A stretch of 63,424 bases of DNA, counting the filler, from Stramenopiles sp. TOSAG23-2 (Eukaryota), in the NCBI GenBank assembly GCA_900128395.1. It is 6 parts of 6 records of this genome, joined end to end, with 100 filler letters (N's around TTAATTAATTAA, not from the genome) between each part and the next. Parts side by side here need not be neighbours in the genome. Positions count along the whole stretch, not along the records: positions 28,423 to 56,626 come from LT649404.1; 5 more parts are not named here. One strand, given 5' to 3'. The position numbers and the translations under genes are program-made. The notes beneath the pieces are model-generated. The model worked only from the letters and a program-made list of their open reading frames with translations, made no database searches and was not told the DNA's origin. How positions within the stretch are numbered: position 1 is the first letter of the stretch; the number at the start of each line of letters is the position of its first letter. Shown here piece by piece: positions 33,901 to 45,605 of the stretch.

Positions 33901-34717
33901 AGTTGAACGTTTCAAGCGCATGAGTTCCAAGAAGGAGGAATTTGGCGTATTGGCCATGTCGATTTTCAAACGATACATTTTGACTGCATTTTTACCATCT
34001 TTAGGCCAAGAATTACGAATGAGAGTTAAGCGTAGAATAAAAGCCTTGCATAATGTGGAGGAATTATTCGACAAACGTTCCTTGCTTCAACAAGTAAGAA
34101 AGCCGAAAGAAATATTTGATGAGGCCCAAGCACAAATATTATCTTTTATGCATGGTGGGCCATATCAAGACTTTTTTAGATCAAAATATGGACGTAGATA
34201 TTTAATACAGCGAATTGCACATAGGGAGCATACCCCGGGTTGGATAGCATTTCAATCAATTGTTCGTAGGAAATTGCAACAGAAAAAATACATTAAAAAG
34301 CTGAAGAAGGGACTTACAGATGAGGAAAAGGAAACATCGGAGGCACTGGAAGAAATATTTGAAGAAATTATGGAGAATAAACGAGAACGTAATGATGCTG
34401 CAGCAAAGATCCAAGGAATGTTTCGAAGCATGAAAGCAAGACAAGCAGTGCGAAACATGTTGAAAAAAGTCATAGTCCAAAGATACGATAGCTCGACAAG
34501 ACAATATTATTATTTAAATACAAAAACTGGTGAATCAAGTTGGGAACAGCCTAAAATGTTGCAACAACGGCAAAAGCCACGTCCACAACAAGGGCGACGT
34601 CGACAGCAGCGTCAGCAACAACAGCAACAACAGTGGATGGCTACACAAGATCCAGAATCAGGCAGGACATATTGGTATAACGGAAGCGGTGAAACTACTT
34701 GGGAGAATCCATATTAG
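30911..34717 (+). CDS. Ankyrin-TPR-RGS-IQ-WW multidomain signalling protein
   Basis: Two ankyrin blocks (GHTALN, GTTALM, GETALM, GWTALM). Kinesin-light-chain-type TPR (GGDHFEIARSLN). RGS domain (ELTFYLEVERFK...IFKRYI...IFDEAQAQILSFM...YQDFFRS). IQ motif (IQGMFRSMKAR) and two WW domains. Confidence 0.9.
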   Translation: MSASKSNNPVKSSIEARKKRREMHGIAGQLSAAGYLPPLPLPAPEIGFEEDIHFGNLASVKKALKRRGLSLNSIGLRGKDRLNHLVKRLRISLIREEEALDEAALCKELKNRGESVVTVGILGRERTKMLAQRLYECRQKELIRVQAKEKLDIWKNIAGANPEERKKTFQDYNRKKYEKLLSAAIAINNYPEVQRLMELGCDPNFETKGGHTALNQAATFNKIELTKWLVKKGGADVNFQSSTGRNPIVIASLLGYTEMIHVLVELGADVNFETHDRTTPLIGAAREGRESSTLVLIQEGANIDRQNVDGTTALMVAAESKQLHVLRLLLQHDADPDLLDIDGRDALVISQLAHAHDSSQMLADYLGISLIPKGSNSRPNSRSNNTKDRRRSSIKRRRKKSLASEDDNNEETKQKKKGLSVKKVMQNAIIGNDFDAICRLIRRNLVNPHTETFSGETALMRASYYGRLKEMELLLAMGSEVDYQNGDGRSALMSAAKNNQPHAIELLIQWGAYIQLQDADGWTALMLAAENGGAKAVKKLLEHGAFVNHRNGYGKTAFVAAIGSGQGETASLLMPRDAAMRMLEGTIANLAQRGILGMDDGSGKNADVQELIDKGIPSDTPLQPEDGGDDDDNMKIDPVTKGIKKVRNQNVTELVQEIADDVDEKVIERLQQQAIERGNIEAARKRGRREAVTDIEHSPLKNVPFVTAKHIDPKTFTFSIDVCESVLDGMRERLDGVKARMKKLVEEGGKVPDKKFEYFSDPAELRLAAFYISVDEPYSAAKMLKKALQMQQARFGGDHFEIARSLNIWGGLYSAMGKFDKAVLLHEKARSILIRNHGSMHEDVATTFRLLIEALIENKEFERGIQLCSGHLNVLRKKLNRHDPLCKDVNKLARLVEKKMKEYNKEELELKEKKIRDAEQRRLKEMRLKEKERKWREKQSHMTVHEALKTGLSPETMELLKMESFQKLLAEDPLFQRIFKKYSRYAWFKMELTFYLEVERFKRMSSKKEEFGVLAMSIFKRYILTAFLPSLGQELRMRVKRRIKALHNVEELFDKRSLLQQVRKPKEIFDEAQAQILSFMHGGPYQDFFRSKYGRRYLIQRIAHREHTPGWIAFQSIVRRKLQQKKYIKKLKKGLTDEEKETSEALEEIFEEIMENKRERNDAAAKIQGMFRSMKARQAVRNMLKKVIVQRYDSSTRQYYYLNTKTGESSWEQPKMLQQRQKPRPQQGRRRQQRQQQQQQQWMATQDPESGRTYWYNGSGETTWENPY

Positions 34718-35039
34718 TGAAAAACACGAGATATGATATCATTGAAGGGGTGTGTATATTATAATTAATGCATTATAACTTATTTTTTTAAATATGATAC
34801 ATATTTTAAATAATATATTTTTATAAAATATATCATTTATTAATAATAAAAATACGAATCGTATTACATATATTATCATACGAATGTACGCCGTATAAAA
34901 CATATTTATGTGGGGATATATATATAATATACATACATCATATATAAATGTAGTGCACAATTTAAACCACCATGCACAACAAGCCCACTCACACACACTG
35001 TTTTATTTCCCTCTTAAATACGAATTGCTTTCTCACCTT

Positions 35040-35855
35040 TCACTTATTCTTATTCTTATTAAATTGTATTTTCACTTGTGCCATCATTTCTTTCCTAGCA
35101 TAATTATCAACTACTCGCGATTGAAAATAAATTCCATTCCAAAAATATGTAGAAATGATAATGAATACTCCAAGTTTAGCTTGGAAATCCGATTGAAACA
35201 TTGTTTTATCCCGAACTTTTTGTTCCATATCTGGATACCCGTAGCAGTGAATAAATGTTGTCCAAGTAAAAAGGGCATGAAACAACATACCAGGATTTCT
35301 TATCCATGTTTGAATAATTGAATTATATTTTTTTTCATCAATCGATTTCATCCAACCTTTCTTAACGCATACCAACATGACGTAATCCATTCCTCCAGGA
35401 AGACCGGATGCAAAAAAACATCCATGATTTAACATGGGTCCTGGTTGCATTGCATATGCAAACGGAAGCATTACGATAATCATAACGCCATGATGAATCC
35501 AATCAATTGTAGCTAAAGGTTGGAACGCAGCAATGTGATACAGATGCAAAGATAATATAATAACACAACTACGAGTATCTGTAAATTCAGCCATATATGA
35601 TACAATTGCAGGTTGTCGGTAGGTCGTGATAGTATCCTCAAAGCTCAATGCTACTACAATTGCATTGCATATTATATGCAGCGATAAATATCTCCCAGTT
35701 TTATCGTTTTTAAACCAGCCAAAAATTTTAAACAACGTATCCAATACAAAGAAACCTATAAAAAAACCTATTGCAATTATTGCGTCACCGCTAACATCTG
35801 CTGTCATTTTACTACTAAATATTTCAGATGTTTGCGACATTTTTATCTGTAACAA
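35040..35855 (-). CDS. TLC (TRAM/LAG1/CLN8)-like multi-pass membrane protein
   Basis: Several TM helices; HLYH, DWIHH and FFASGLPGGMDY motifs. Confidence 0.75.
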   Translation of the reverse strand: MLQIKMSQTSEIFSSKMTADVSGDAIIAIGFFIGFFVLDTLFKIFGWFKNDKTGRYLSLHIICNAIVVALSFEDTITTYRQPAIVSYMAEFTDTRSCVIILSLHLYHIAAFQPLATIDWIHHGVMIIVMLPFAYAMQPGPMLNHGCFFASGLPGGMDYVMLVCVKKGWMKSIDEKKYNSIIQTWIRNPGMLFHALFTWTTFIHCYGYPDMEQKVRDKTMFQSDFQAKLGVFIIISTYFWNGIYFQSRVVDNYARKEMMAQVKIQFNKNKNK

Positions 35856-36373
35856 TAGTAATAATGATATGTGTGTGTAAATATATATGCAATACTGCTT
35901 TTTGATATAATCAACTGATTTGTGTATCTATCTCCATTATATATATATACTAAACTCGATTACCTTCCCTTTCTATTTATACCACATATTATTATTTCAA
36001 TGATTTTATTTTTATTATCTTACAATTAGTTTTTTGTAACCACCTGGTAACCACCTGTAATAACCATCATCATTGAAATTAAAATCTTCATCCATTATCC
36101 ACACGCCAACAAATATTTAAGGAATTCACCAAAAAATATTAATGTGCTAAAATTTCTTCTCCTCTCCTCTTTCCTCGTCTCTCCTTGATTTCATTGATAG
36201 ATTGTGATATTATATATATTGAGAGACGATATGAAAAAAAAACATGTGTGTCTCGATACATCTAAAAATATCGTATCATGTATATTGTGTACACTGTGTG
36301 TGTAAATACAATATATATTATGTACGAATTCGTATAAATATAAACTACCCTTTAAAGACTCTCTCTCCCCATT

Positions 36374-37303
36374 TTATCCAACAAAATCCAATTCATTCAT
36401 CATATTTATAATACTTTTGAAATATTCTGTTAAAAAATTTTCGACGACAATAACTGGACAATAATCATCAAAATCTGTTTCATCTAAATGCATTAAGCCT
36501 TGATCTTCACCAGCACGTTGAACAACATCTAAAAATGCTTGAAAATCGATGTTGTAACTTGAACGTATATCGATTAATTTGTACAATGAATGCAAACAAT
36601 CAGAATGAATAAATTCTATTTCCGGTTGCGATTTAAATGTTTGTAAAGGGCCAAGATTTTTAATAACTGATAGTAACCAATTTACTAATAACGAGATGTT
36701 TTTCGTTTTAGTAGTAGTAGTTGTTGTTGTAGTAGTAGTATCCGAATCTTCGTTAACATCAGAAGAAGATATGACGTGTTGATCATTACTAGTTATACTT
36801 TTATTTTCATCATGGTTTTGCTTATCGTTATTCGCAACATATTTCCATAATCCTAACGTGAAATGCCCATCCATTTCTACTAATGCATCATCCGTAGTTA
36901 TAGAATCATTTTTAACAATATTACAATATGTTTTATAATAATTTTTTGTAAAGGTGATTAAATTATTTTCACTGAAATATCCATTTTTTTCTTCATCCAT
37001 ATTAAAAAGCATACCTAAATGATCAAAAGATAAAGATACGCCATGTGGTGGCTTTAATAATAATACCTGCTCTAAGTTCAACCCATTTATCATGCTGGTA
37101 TCGCTATTATTGCTATTTATTGTATTATCATCATTATTATTATTATCATCATTATTATTAGACTTCTTATTTTTTTTTGTTAATTTCATAACAACACGCT
37201 TATACTCGTTTGATGTATGTGCAAGTAAATAATCCGGGCATTGTTTCATGTGGTTATTACCATCGTTACTATTGTTGTTGTAATTATTTTGTGTATTTCC
37301 CAT
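36374..37303 (-). CDS. Hypothetical protein with an EF-hand-like loop and a possible N-myristoylation site
   Basis: 309-aa ORF starting MGNT; LFNMDEEKNGYFSENNL resembles an EF-hand. Confidence 0.65.
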   Translation of the reverse strand: MGNTQNNYNNNSNDGNNHMKQCPDYLLAHTSNEYKRVVMKLTKKNKKSNNNDDNNNNDDNTINSNNSDTSMINGLNLEQVLLLKPPHGVSLSFDHLGMLFNMDEEKNGYFSENNLITFTKNYYKTYCNIVKNDSITTDDALVEMDGHFTLGLWKYVANNDKQNHDENKSITSNDQHVISSSDVNEDSDTTTTTTTTTTKTKNISLLVNWLLSVIKNLGPLQTFKSQPEIEFIHSDCLHSLYKLIDIRSSYNIDFQAFLDVVQRAGEDQGLMHLDETDFDDYCPVIVVENFLTEYFKSIINMMNELDFVG

Positions 37304-37439
37304 AATAATCTACAATTATTATTTTTTTAGTTTTATTATTAGAGGTATACAATAAAGTGTGTAAATATTACTTTGTGAAATTGTAAATATGTTTTAATGC
37401 TTTTATTACTCCTCTCTATATCTAATTATAACGGCTTAT

Positions 37440-37610
37440 GGGTTCAATAGGCACATTGCTGGATTGCCACCATTCCATATTGATGAGGATTTTAGAAAAA
37501 TGTAAAAGCAAAAAATCGTAGTCGTCAAGTATGAACTCGTATCTTTTTCTCCTATAATATTTGTGTGCTAAACAGGATCTTATACAGTATTTTAATTTAG
37601 CACCGTAGCG
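37440..37610 (+). pseudogene. Possible decayed Ser/Thr protein-kinase fragment
   Basis: IAGLPPFHIDEDFRKM*, then in shifted frames KIVVVKYELVSFSP and AKQDLIQ. This resembles kinase subdomains IX-XI, with stops and frameshifts. Confidence 0.3.
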
Positions 37611-37705
37611 AAAAAACTGTTTTGCAACTTTTGTAAATAAAAATGCAACTGGTATTTTTAGTATCACTTTTTATCCAAATCTCTGGGTTCCAGAGTACCC
37701 TAACC

Positions 37706-37736
<31 letters not shown>

Positions 37737-37798
37737 TCTCTCTCTCTCTCGCTGTGTCCCACATTGGTTGCAAAAATCTATACAAGGTTCTTACAGGT

Positions 37799-40700
37799 TT
37801 AATCATCATCATCACCGTCTGAATAATCAGAATCTGAATCATTTGTTCTATCTTTCCACTCTGATCCATCTAAATTACGTTGTTTCAAATTACCAGCCCA
37901 GAAATGTTCCACTGATCCATTAGCAACTAATAATCCTTTAACTTTGTAGATAAATTCCTCCAAACTTTTCTTAACCCCAGGAACTAAACCTGCAATGGCA
38001 CTATTTTTCTTTTCATTTTTTCCATAACTGCAAATATTATGAACTTGCCTGGTTGAAGTTTGCAATGCTTTGAAAAAAGAAACGACGTCTTCTTGCTTCG
38101 AACCATAGCATGCATTGAAAAATTCCATATTCTTGTTGACAATGTCTACAAATGTACGCATGTTTTTCAAGACATTTGTCATCATGCTTACAGTAACAAG
38201 CGAATCACTTTTTGTTAATGAAACGACTGTTTGTAGGTGAACTGCAATTTTTCGAAGCTGGAACAAAACAATCTTTTGATTTCCATTTTTAAAATCAACT
38301 TTACGCAACGTATTAACTAATGATTCCAATAATTTCACGAAAAAAATCGGCACAGATTGCTTTGTCATCGTCGGAAATTGTTCAACGACATCTGATGGCG
38401 AATCTAGTTCTAAAAATTGCGATAGGACATCTTGTACAAGATATTCAACAGCATCCAATGAATTCTTTGCGTGATGCAAATGCAAATTCAACGTCCAACC
38501 TAGATTACCCATTTTATATTTAAATTTGTCTGCCCCTGCACCTACGCTCTCTAATTTCCAATTTTTTTCGAGTATTCTTCTACACAATTGACTGAGTTGG
38601 ATGGAAACCAATTGATCATCAGTAATGCTATCTTCACCATCCTCATCAAGCACGCGCTCTTTTCTATTTAAAGATTCTTTTCGTGCAAATTTTTGCAAAT
38701 TAGCAATCGCTTCCATAGCTTCTAATAATGGCAAAACATCATTATCAATACTTGGCAATAAAGTATAAATCTCATGCAAGCTTTCGAACACCAATTGGCA
38801 AGACGTGAACAACGATTTGTATGGTGACAAGTCTTCGGATTCTTCATTTAAATGATCATCACTGCTTTCATCAAACATTTTCAATGCTTTCGATAAAAGC
38901 AAAGCTCCTTCACGAGACCGTTTTAATTCATCGCATTTACACATTATTTTAACGCAAGAAAATATTTTGTGAACGCATGGCAATAATAAACTTTTATCCA
39001 AATCATCTTTTACTGATAATAAAACTATATCATCATCATCATTATCATCATCATCATCTATAACTAGACTGTTGCCGCTAGTACGTTTTTTTAAATATTC
39101 TTTCAAGTCTTGAAAACATAAACTGACTGTTTGCAAGACGGAAGGTTGATAAAATTCACGTGAATTTTGTACACATTCGATGTTTTCAGTAAATATCTCC
39201 AATAATTTCTCTGCCGACATATTTTTCATATTATCATTTACTGGTTGTTTCTTCTTTACACTTGCTAAAAATGAAGAGTTACTACTACTCTTTGGTAAAC
39301 ATTGTTCATACCATTTTAAGATATGATCTAAAATGAAATTTAACAATTTTGGACTCAATTCACATTTTGTACGTGAAAATGTTTCTTGATTTGTGTCTAA
39401 CAATTTTCGTTCTAAATCCGACAAACATACAATATGTGCAACTTCAGCGTCTAACGGTCTTAAACTTTCATATATAATATCATACGTTTCGATATCATTA
39501 TTATTATTATTATAACCGGCAGTCTTTGCAGTAGAAGTAGTAGTAGTAGTAGTTGTTGTTGTTGTTGTTGTTGTAGTTGCTGTTATTGTGGATGAATTCT
39601 GTTGGGGATTAACATCATCATCGTCATCATCGTCTTCATCATCACTATCATCGTCGTCGTCATCATCTTCCTCATCATTATTAATATCCTTCTTTTTCTT
39701 CTTTTTCGGTTTAATTTTCTTTTTCGGTTTCATTTTTCTCCCATTACCATTATTTCCTTTCGATTTTTTTGACATACCACTGCGACCATTCCTTTTCCTT
39801 TTTGCACCACCCATGCTAGACATGTTAACTGCTGATGGTGGGGGGGCGATAAGTTGGGTGAGCGCCTATAGCGATTCTCAATTTTGATTCTAAGTTAAGT
39901 AAGTGATTTCCTCGCAAAAAAATTTTAGATCTCATCTCCATATCCAACTCTTTTACAAACGAATTTAACATTTCCCGTACCCAATTGACGGCAACGAATA
40001 ATGAATTGCATATTAAATCTTTAACAGCATATGATTTTGTACCTAATACTCTTAAAATGCTATCGTCAAATAATGCCAAGGGACATCCTAAACATGCATC
40101 AACGCCACTAAGATCGCCATTCACTTCCATTTCCAGCACTGATATTAAACGAAATAAAGGGCACATTGACCAGACGTTATTATCATCGTTCAAACGTCTA
40201 TTTGCAAATAATGGTAAAATGTTTACAGCAACTTGAGCATGATTGAGATCTAAATTCAATTCAAATCGACGTATTACACTACCCCCATAATACGTCACAG
40301 TAGTTTGTTCGTTACTTTCATCATCATTTCCACGATTCTTTTTCTTCTTTCGCATGGTAGTACTGCTATTATTACTGTCATTTTTTTTATCTTCGTCATC
40401 CCTTGAAGCATTATCATCTGGATTCATTGTATTGCTTTCCTCACTTAAATCGTCATTCGGAATATCTAAAAAACATTGATTTTCCAAACGAGATGAAAAT
40501 GTGTCCATCAATATATTTAATAACGCTTTGGACAATCCGAATTTTCCATAACGTTTTGTAGAAATTACCAATGCAAGCTCTTCGTAAAACATTGACATCG
40601 AATTCATATCGCCACTTGATTTAGAACAATTATCTTGCAACATACGTAGCATATCTAAAGTTAATTTACTAAATGGTGAATCTTGTCCATCTGTGTCTCT

Positions 40701-42725
40701 TAAAGTATGACTTTGTGAAGACTGTGAGCCCATATTCATCATCATGGTCATACTACTTTGTGAGCCACCAACAGAACCAAAATCATTTGCAAATGCTTTT
40801 TCAGTGGATGAAACTACACATAAGATGGCAACGCCGCCAACAATGCCAACTTTTTTAATATGTTGCACAGTACTTGCTAACATTTTTCGAATAATTATGG
40901 TTATTTCATCAATGCTACCACTCGCAGTACTAACTGTCCCATTGTAGGAAGATGGTAACGATAAACTAGTCAAAATATTAAACACACTACGTTGTTGCTC
41001 CGTGCTTAAATATTCAACATAATCCAATAAACCACGTATAAATGCAGTGAATTTTTTTAATCCTTTGCATAATTGAGCATCAATAACTAAACCTTCCATC
41101 GTTTTCAATGCACTTTGAATTTCATAGTTTACTCCAGATCCAATATGTGTAATCAAACTTCCTACGATTTCTTGGCGATGATAATCGCTTGAAAATTCAC
41201 TGAACATCGTTGCATAAAGGGATTCTCCAACAGCTCGTATATATTGCCCCGTTTTTGCACCAGTTCGTACATAAAAAAATGAAGATGCAACATCTAGAAA
41301 ATTACTAAATAATGGAGTGAGTGCTGTGGAATGCCCAGTTAATACACGTTTAATAAAATCGTTTGGCAAGCCATCAACCACAGACGCTTTTTTCTTCAAT
41401 AGCTTTTCAACATTACCTTGATATGATTTCGTACTATGCAATGAAACCAGCACCCATATATCAATTGTACAAAGTGGATTTAATTGAGTATTAACAGATG
41501 ATTGTTCTAAAAGTTTTAACCATTGAATGACCACATCTTGTCTATAGCGCAATGATGAGCGAAATGCTTCGAGTAATAACGATTCAGAGGAAGATCGTTC
41601 ATCACCATCTTGCACAATCATACCACGATTTGTATTGGTAATATCGATTAAGCGACTTAAATGTTTACGAATCATGTTTAAAATATTAGTAGTATTATCT
41701 TCATTGCATCCACTTATTAAAAAACGTAATATAATCGGTAAATCTTCGATGGATGAAGATGCAAGCATATTCAACACACGTTCAGTTGCTTCCTCTTTTT
41801 TTACATCTGATAAATACAAATTTGAAATTGAATCTAAAACGGAGACTGTTAAAGTTATTTCATTTTCCATAATTTCAAATAATTTTTCAACAACAGATTC
41901 TTGCTCGTCATCATCAATAATATCAGGTATCATAGCTATGATATCTCGTTGAGATTCAATTGGGCAAATGTCAAGGCATTCTAATAATTTATTAGCCAAT
42001 TGGCGATTATTATAAACATGTTCAATCCATTGAAGCTGAGATAGGATAATTTTTGTCATGTTTTTGCCGTTGTTGTTGTTGATACTATTATTGTTTTCAT
42101 CACCATCGCTTCCATCTCCATCCTCCCCAGCACAAATAACCATTGTCTCTAACAATACATCAATTAAATCTGTTTGTACCGTTTCAAACTTTAAAAGTGT
42201 TCGAAAAAGACTGTTTCCTCCATCAGTAAAGTCTTCGTATTTATCATTGCTGTTATTATTATCGCTACTATTGTCATCTTCCATGTCCTCAACAATCATT
42301 GCATCGTCATTGTTGTTGTTCATATTACCATCCTGTTTATGGTTTCCAATATATAATGGTTCGATAAAACATAATAAATTGGACGTTTCCATAGTTATAT
42401 ACTCACGTATTGATGATACAAATTGTTCACCTCGATCCAATGATTTTTTCAATAAACTTTCAATCTTTTGTTCCAATTCGTTAAGATTAGATTTAGTTGC
42501 AAAATGTTTCTTATTACTTTCATTTTTTAAAAATACAATTCCAGCTTTGCTAAGCAAATCAAGGCAAGGATTATTTTGATATTCTTCAGCTGAATCGCAT
42601 AATGGTGTTGTTGGTGTTTCTTTTCTAGTTGTTGTTGTTGTTGATGATGATGCTACTGGAGTATCAGGGATGTTACTATTATTTTGTGAATTTTCACTAC
42701 TATTTGCTTGTTGCGTTCCTGACAT
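37799..42725 (-). CDS. FANCD2: Fanconi anemia group D2 protein (split by a 1-nt frameshift at the G7 run 39840-39846)
   Basis: RQEIVGSLITHIGSG, IIRKMLAS (ubiquitinated Lys context), KVGIVGG, DACLGCPL and NWVREMLNSF in ORF 39825..42761. LQTSTRQVHNICSYGK and FWAGNLKQRNLDG in ORF 37799..39823. Confidence 0.92.
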
Positions 42726-44132
42726 GGTTGTCTGTTTGAAACTTATACGATGTGTCAGCACTTTCGTATTTCTCCTTTGTTATTTTTTTTTGTTTTTTAT
42801 AGATCTAGACACACTTTTTTTGTTTTCTGTTTGTGTACTTTTGTTTTCATTCAATTTTAAATATGTAAAATAACAGCCATTCTGGAGTTGCTCTGATTTA
42901 CTGATGATTTTTCCATTGTGCTATTCCCGCCTAAATACGACTATTACCTGTCGGACTACGTATATAATAGTCGTCTATTGTACAACAACAGGTGGTAGAC
43001 TCCTCGTAGACGACTGATATTCTACAGAACAGTACATATAGCTATTACACTATTTTATTCGAAGCAGTACGAAAAGCCAGAGAGAGAAGCTAAATCCAGG
43101 CTAACCACAGCCTACATATAGAAGCTATAACTCGATTTACGTTATATTCCCATCCACGTGTGGAGAAGCTATACTTAGTGTAAATCCCTTGTGTTCTTAC
43201 TATACAAAATAACATACTTAGAGATGTACCATCCATAAGTCCTAAAATATATATGAGTATGAAAATTAGTATATTGTACTCATACCTATATATAAGGTGT
43301 TTGTCAAAAAAAAGATGTGCGTGATTTTATTTTTGGATTTATTCGATAACTAAGAGTCTATAGTAGAGTAATCAATTAGGATAAAAAATAGCCGCAAAAT
43401 GGACAAATTAAAAATATCTACTAGCAGCCAAACTACTGTAGTAAACCGGATTTATTGAGGATAAAATTTAATATGATAATATCACTAGGGAAGAAAGTCA
43501 TGACCTTTTTTTTAGCATGAGGTATAGGCATATATATTGGTAGTCTTTTACTATACTATATTTTATGTTGGTAACACTCAACATGTTCCAAAAAATTGAA
43601 TAATAAAAGATATATATAAAGTTTAAACAACAAATAAATAGAATGTAAAATGTTTATACATAGCATACATAAAAACCCATAAGGACACTACTGAAAACAT
43701 CTAGAGGCATTTTATTAAACGTCTCTTACATACGTGCGTATCGTATAATTATAGATCCATTTATTTAGTTGTTATACGTAATTCTGTTGATAAATACAAT
43801 ATAAATATTGTATAAATCGCCTAAAAAACTAGTTGGTTTTATTATTTCATAAAGTAAAAAAGTAACATATTTTCATATAACTATAAAAAAATACACATAC
43901 GTATCAAAATTACATTTATTTGTTTGCCTAGGACACATTTGACATCCATTGACACATTTATTACGCCCACGCGTCTTATTTGGATAGGTGAAAAAATCAG
44001 TAGGTAAAAAAAGAAAAGAAATTTGACTAGTGATATTTACCTTCTAGTTTGTTTTATTTTAAGTAAATATTGGGTTCCTACCACATATAATAAAGACTTG
44101 TGGTGATATTAAGAAAGATAACATAAACGACG

Positions 44133-45134
44133 ATGAAATATATTGCGACATCCCTACTTTCCTTTTTTGCTGTCACATTAGCAATTAGTGATGCTTTGAC
44201 TACATGCGAAGAACCAGAGATTAGTACATTTACTATCAATTTATTGAATATCAATCCAACCATATTTGTCCCAGAAACAAATAGCAGAACTTGTACAAAC
44301 AAGAAAAGGATTGAAAAAAAAAAACCAAAGTCATTACAAGAGGAAATTAACAGTATAGAAGAAACTATCCGGCGTATCAATATGAAAGCAACAAATGCTA
44401 GGAAATATGTAGAAGACGGTTATAGTGATAAGATAAATAGATTATCAATCCTTGAAGGAAAAATTCAAAATGTATCTGTAAAACTGGAAAAAGCGAAAAA
44501 AAATAAGGATGCCACAAAATCCAGAACACTATACAATCAACTTGTAAAATATGTTAAAGAATTTGATACTATAGACAAAGTATGGCGTTCAGTTTTACGT
44601 TTGTCAAAATCATTGCCAATCTTCATTAAAAAAATCAAGACAGAAATTGATGAAGCATTTGATAATAATAACTATGATAAGGTGGATAAATTACAATTAA
44701 TACTTAAGAAGGGGGAAAATGTGTTGAAGAAAATAAATCAATGTGAAATATATTTTATGTGGCAGGATCGAAAAAAACATGGATTTTATGAAGACGATAG
44801 TTACAGGGATTATAAATTTTGTATTGATGGCAAATTTAAATCAAAAAGTGAAATGTTAGCTGCCCGTAATAATGGTTTTACCAACCGGAAAACGTACATG
44901 GCATTTTGGGAATTAGGGTTTTATAATTACAATGAGTTAGATGATTATAAATTTTATATTGATGGCAAATTTAAATCAAAAAGTGAAATGTTAGCTGCCC
45001 GTAATTATGGTTTTACCAACCGTGAAGAATATTTACCGCAGAAAAGAAGAGATGCAGCCGCCGTAGGGATTTTCGTAATCGTTATTTTATCTGTTTTTCT
45101 TATACATGGCATTATTAGATCATATGACTATTAA
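44133..45134 (+). CDS. Predicted type I membrane protein of the viral island (signal peptide, coiled coil, internal repeat, C-terminal TM)
   Basis: MKYIATSLLSFFAVTLAISDA signal. DYKF(C/Y)IDGKFKSKSEMLAARN(N/Y)GFTNR occurs twice (44808-44888 and 44943-45023). TM AAAVGIFVIVILSVFLIHGII. Confidence 0.75.
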   Translation: MKYIATSLLSFFAVTLAISDALTTCEEPEISTFTINLLNINPTIFVPETNSRTCTNKKRIEKKKPKSLQEEINSIEETIRRINMKATNARKYVEDGYSDKINRLSILEGKIQNVSVKLEKAKKNKDATKSRTLYNQLVKYVKEFDTIDKVWRSVLRLSKSLPIFIKKIKTEIDEAFDNNNYDKVDKLQLILKKGENVLKKINQCEIYFMWQDRKKHGFYEDDSYRDYKFCIDGKFKSKSEMLAARNNGFTNRKTYMAFWELGFYNYNELDDYKFYIDGKFKSKSEMLAARNYGFTNREEYLPQKRRDAAAVGIFVIVILSVFLIHGIIRSYDY

Positions 45135-45605
45135 TAGTATCAATCAGAAAATTAGCGAATTCTATAGATATGCAGGAGAGGATCCGTTAGATTTAGCATA
45201 TAACGTCGCCAATACAATTTGTCTTCCGTGTACCTACTCAAATGAAAAAGGAGATCATTGCACTCATACGTTCAGAAGGTGGAAAGGCATATTTGCATGA
45301 AGCAAACGGTTGGCATAAAAACTGGTTAGGGTGATTTAAATCGCTAAAATTATAATTAATGACCGATGTGTGTTATAAAAACGGTTACCATTAAAAAGGT
45401 ATGACTACTTCTTAAGTTTTAAGTTGTATCATTAAGCAATTGTACCATGATATTTTTTTGAAAATTTGGTTTGGAAAATCCAACCTCCCAATGATATATC
45501 CATTGTTTTTTTTGAATGCTATGTCCATGCTAATTTTGTCACGCGTAATCCGGAACATATCAATTTTTTGATAGTATAAATAGTCCCAATTTGGTTTTAT
45601 ATATT

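Noticed and set aside
45106-45300. Small Cys/His ORF (ICLPC...HCTH) overlapping the end of 44133..45134
   Set aside because: Only ~60 aa with no independent support. It is possibly real but not called.
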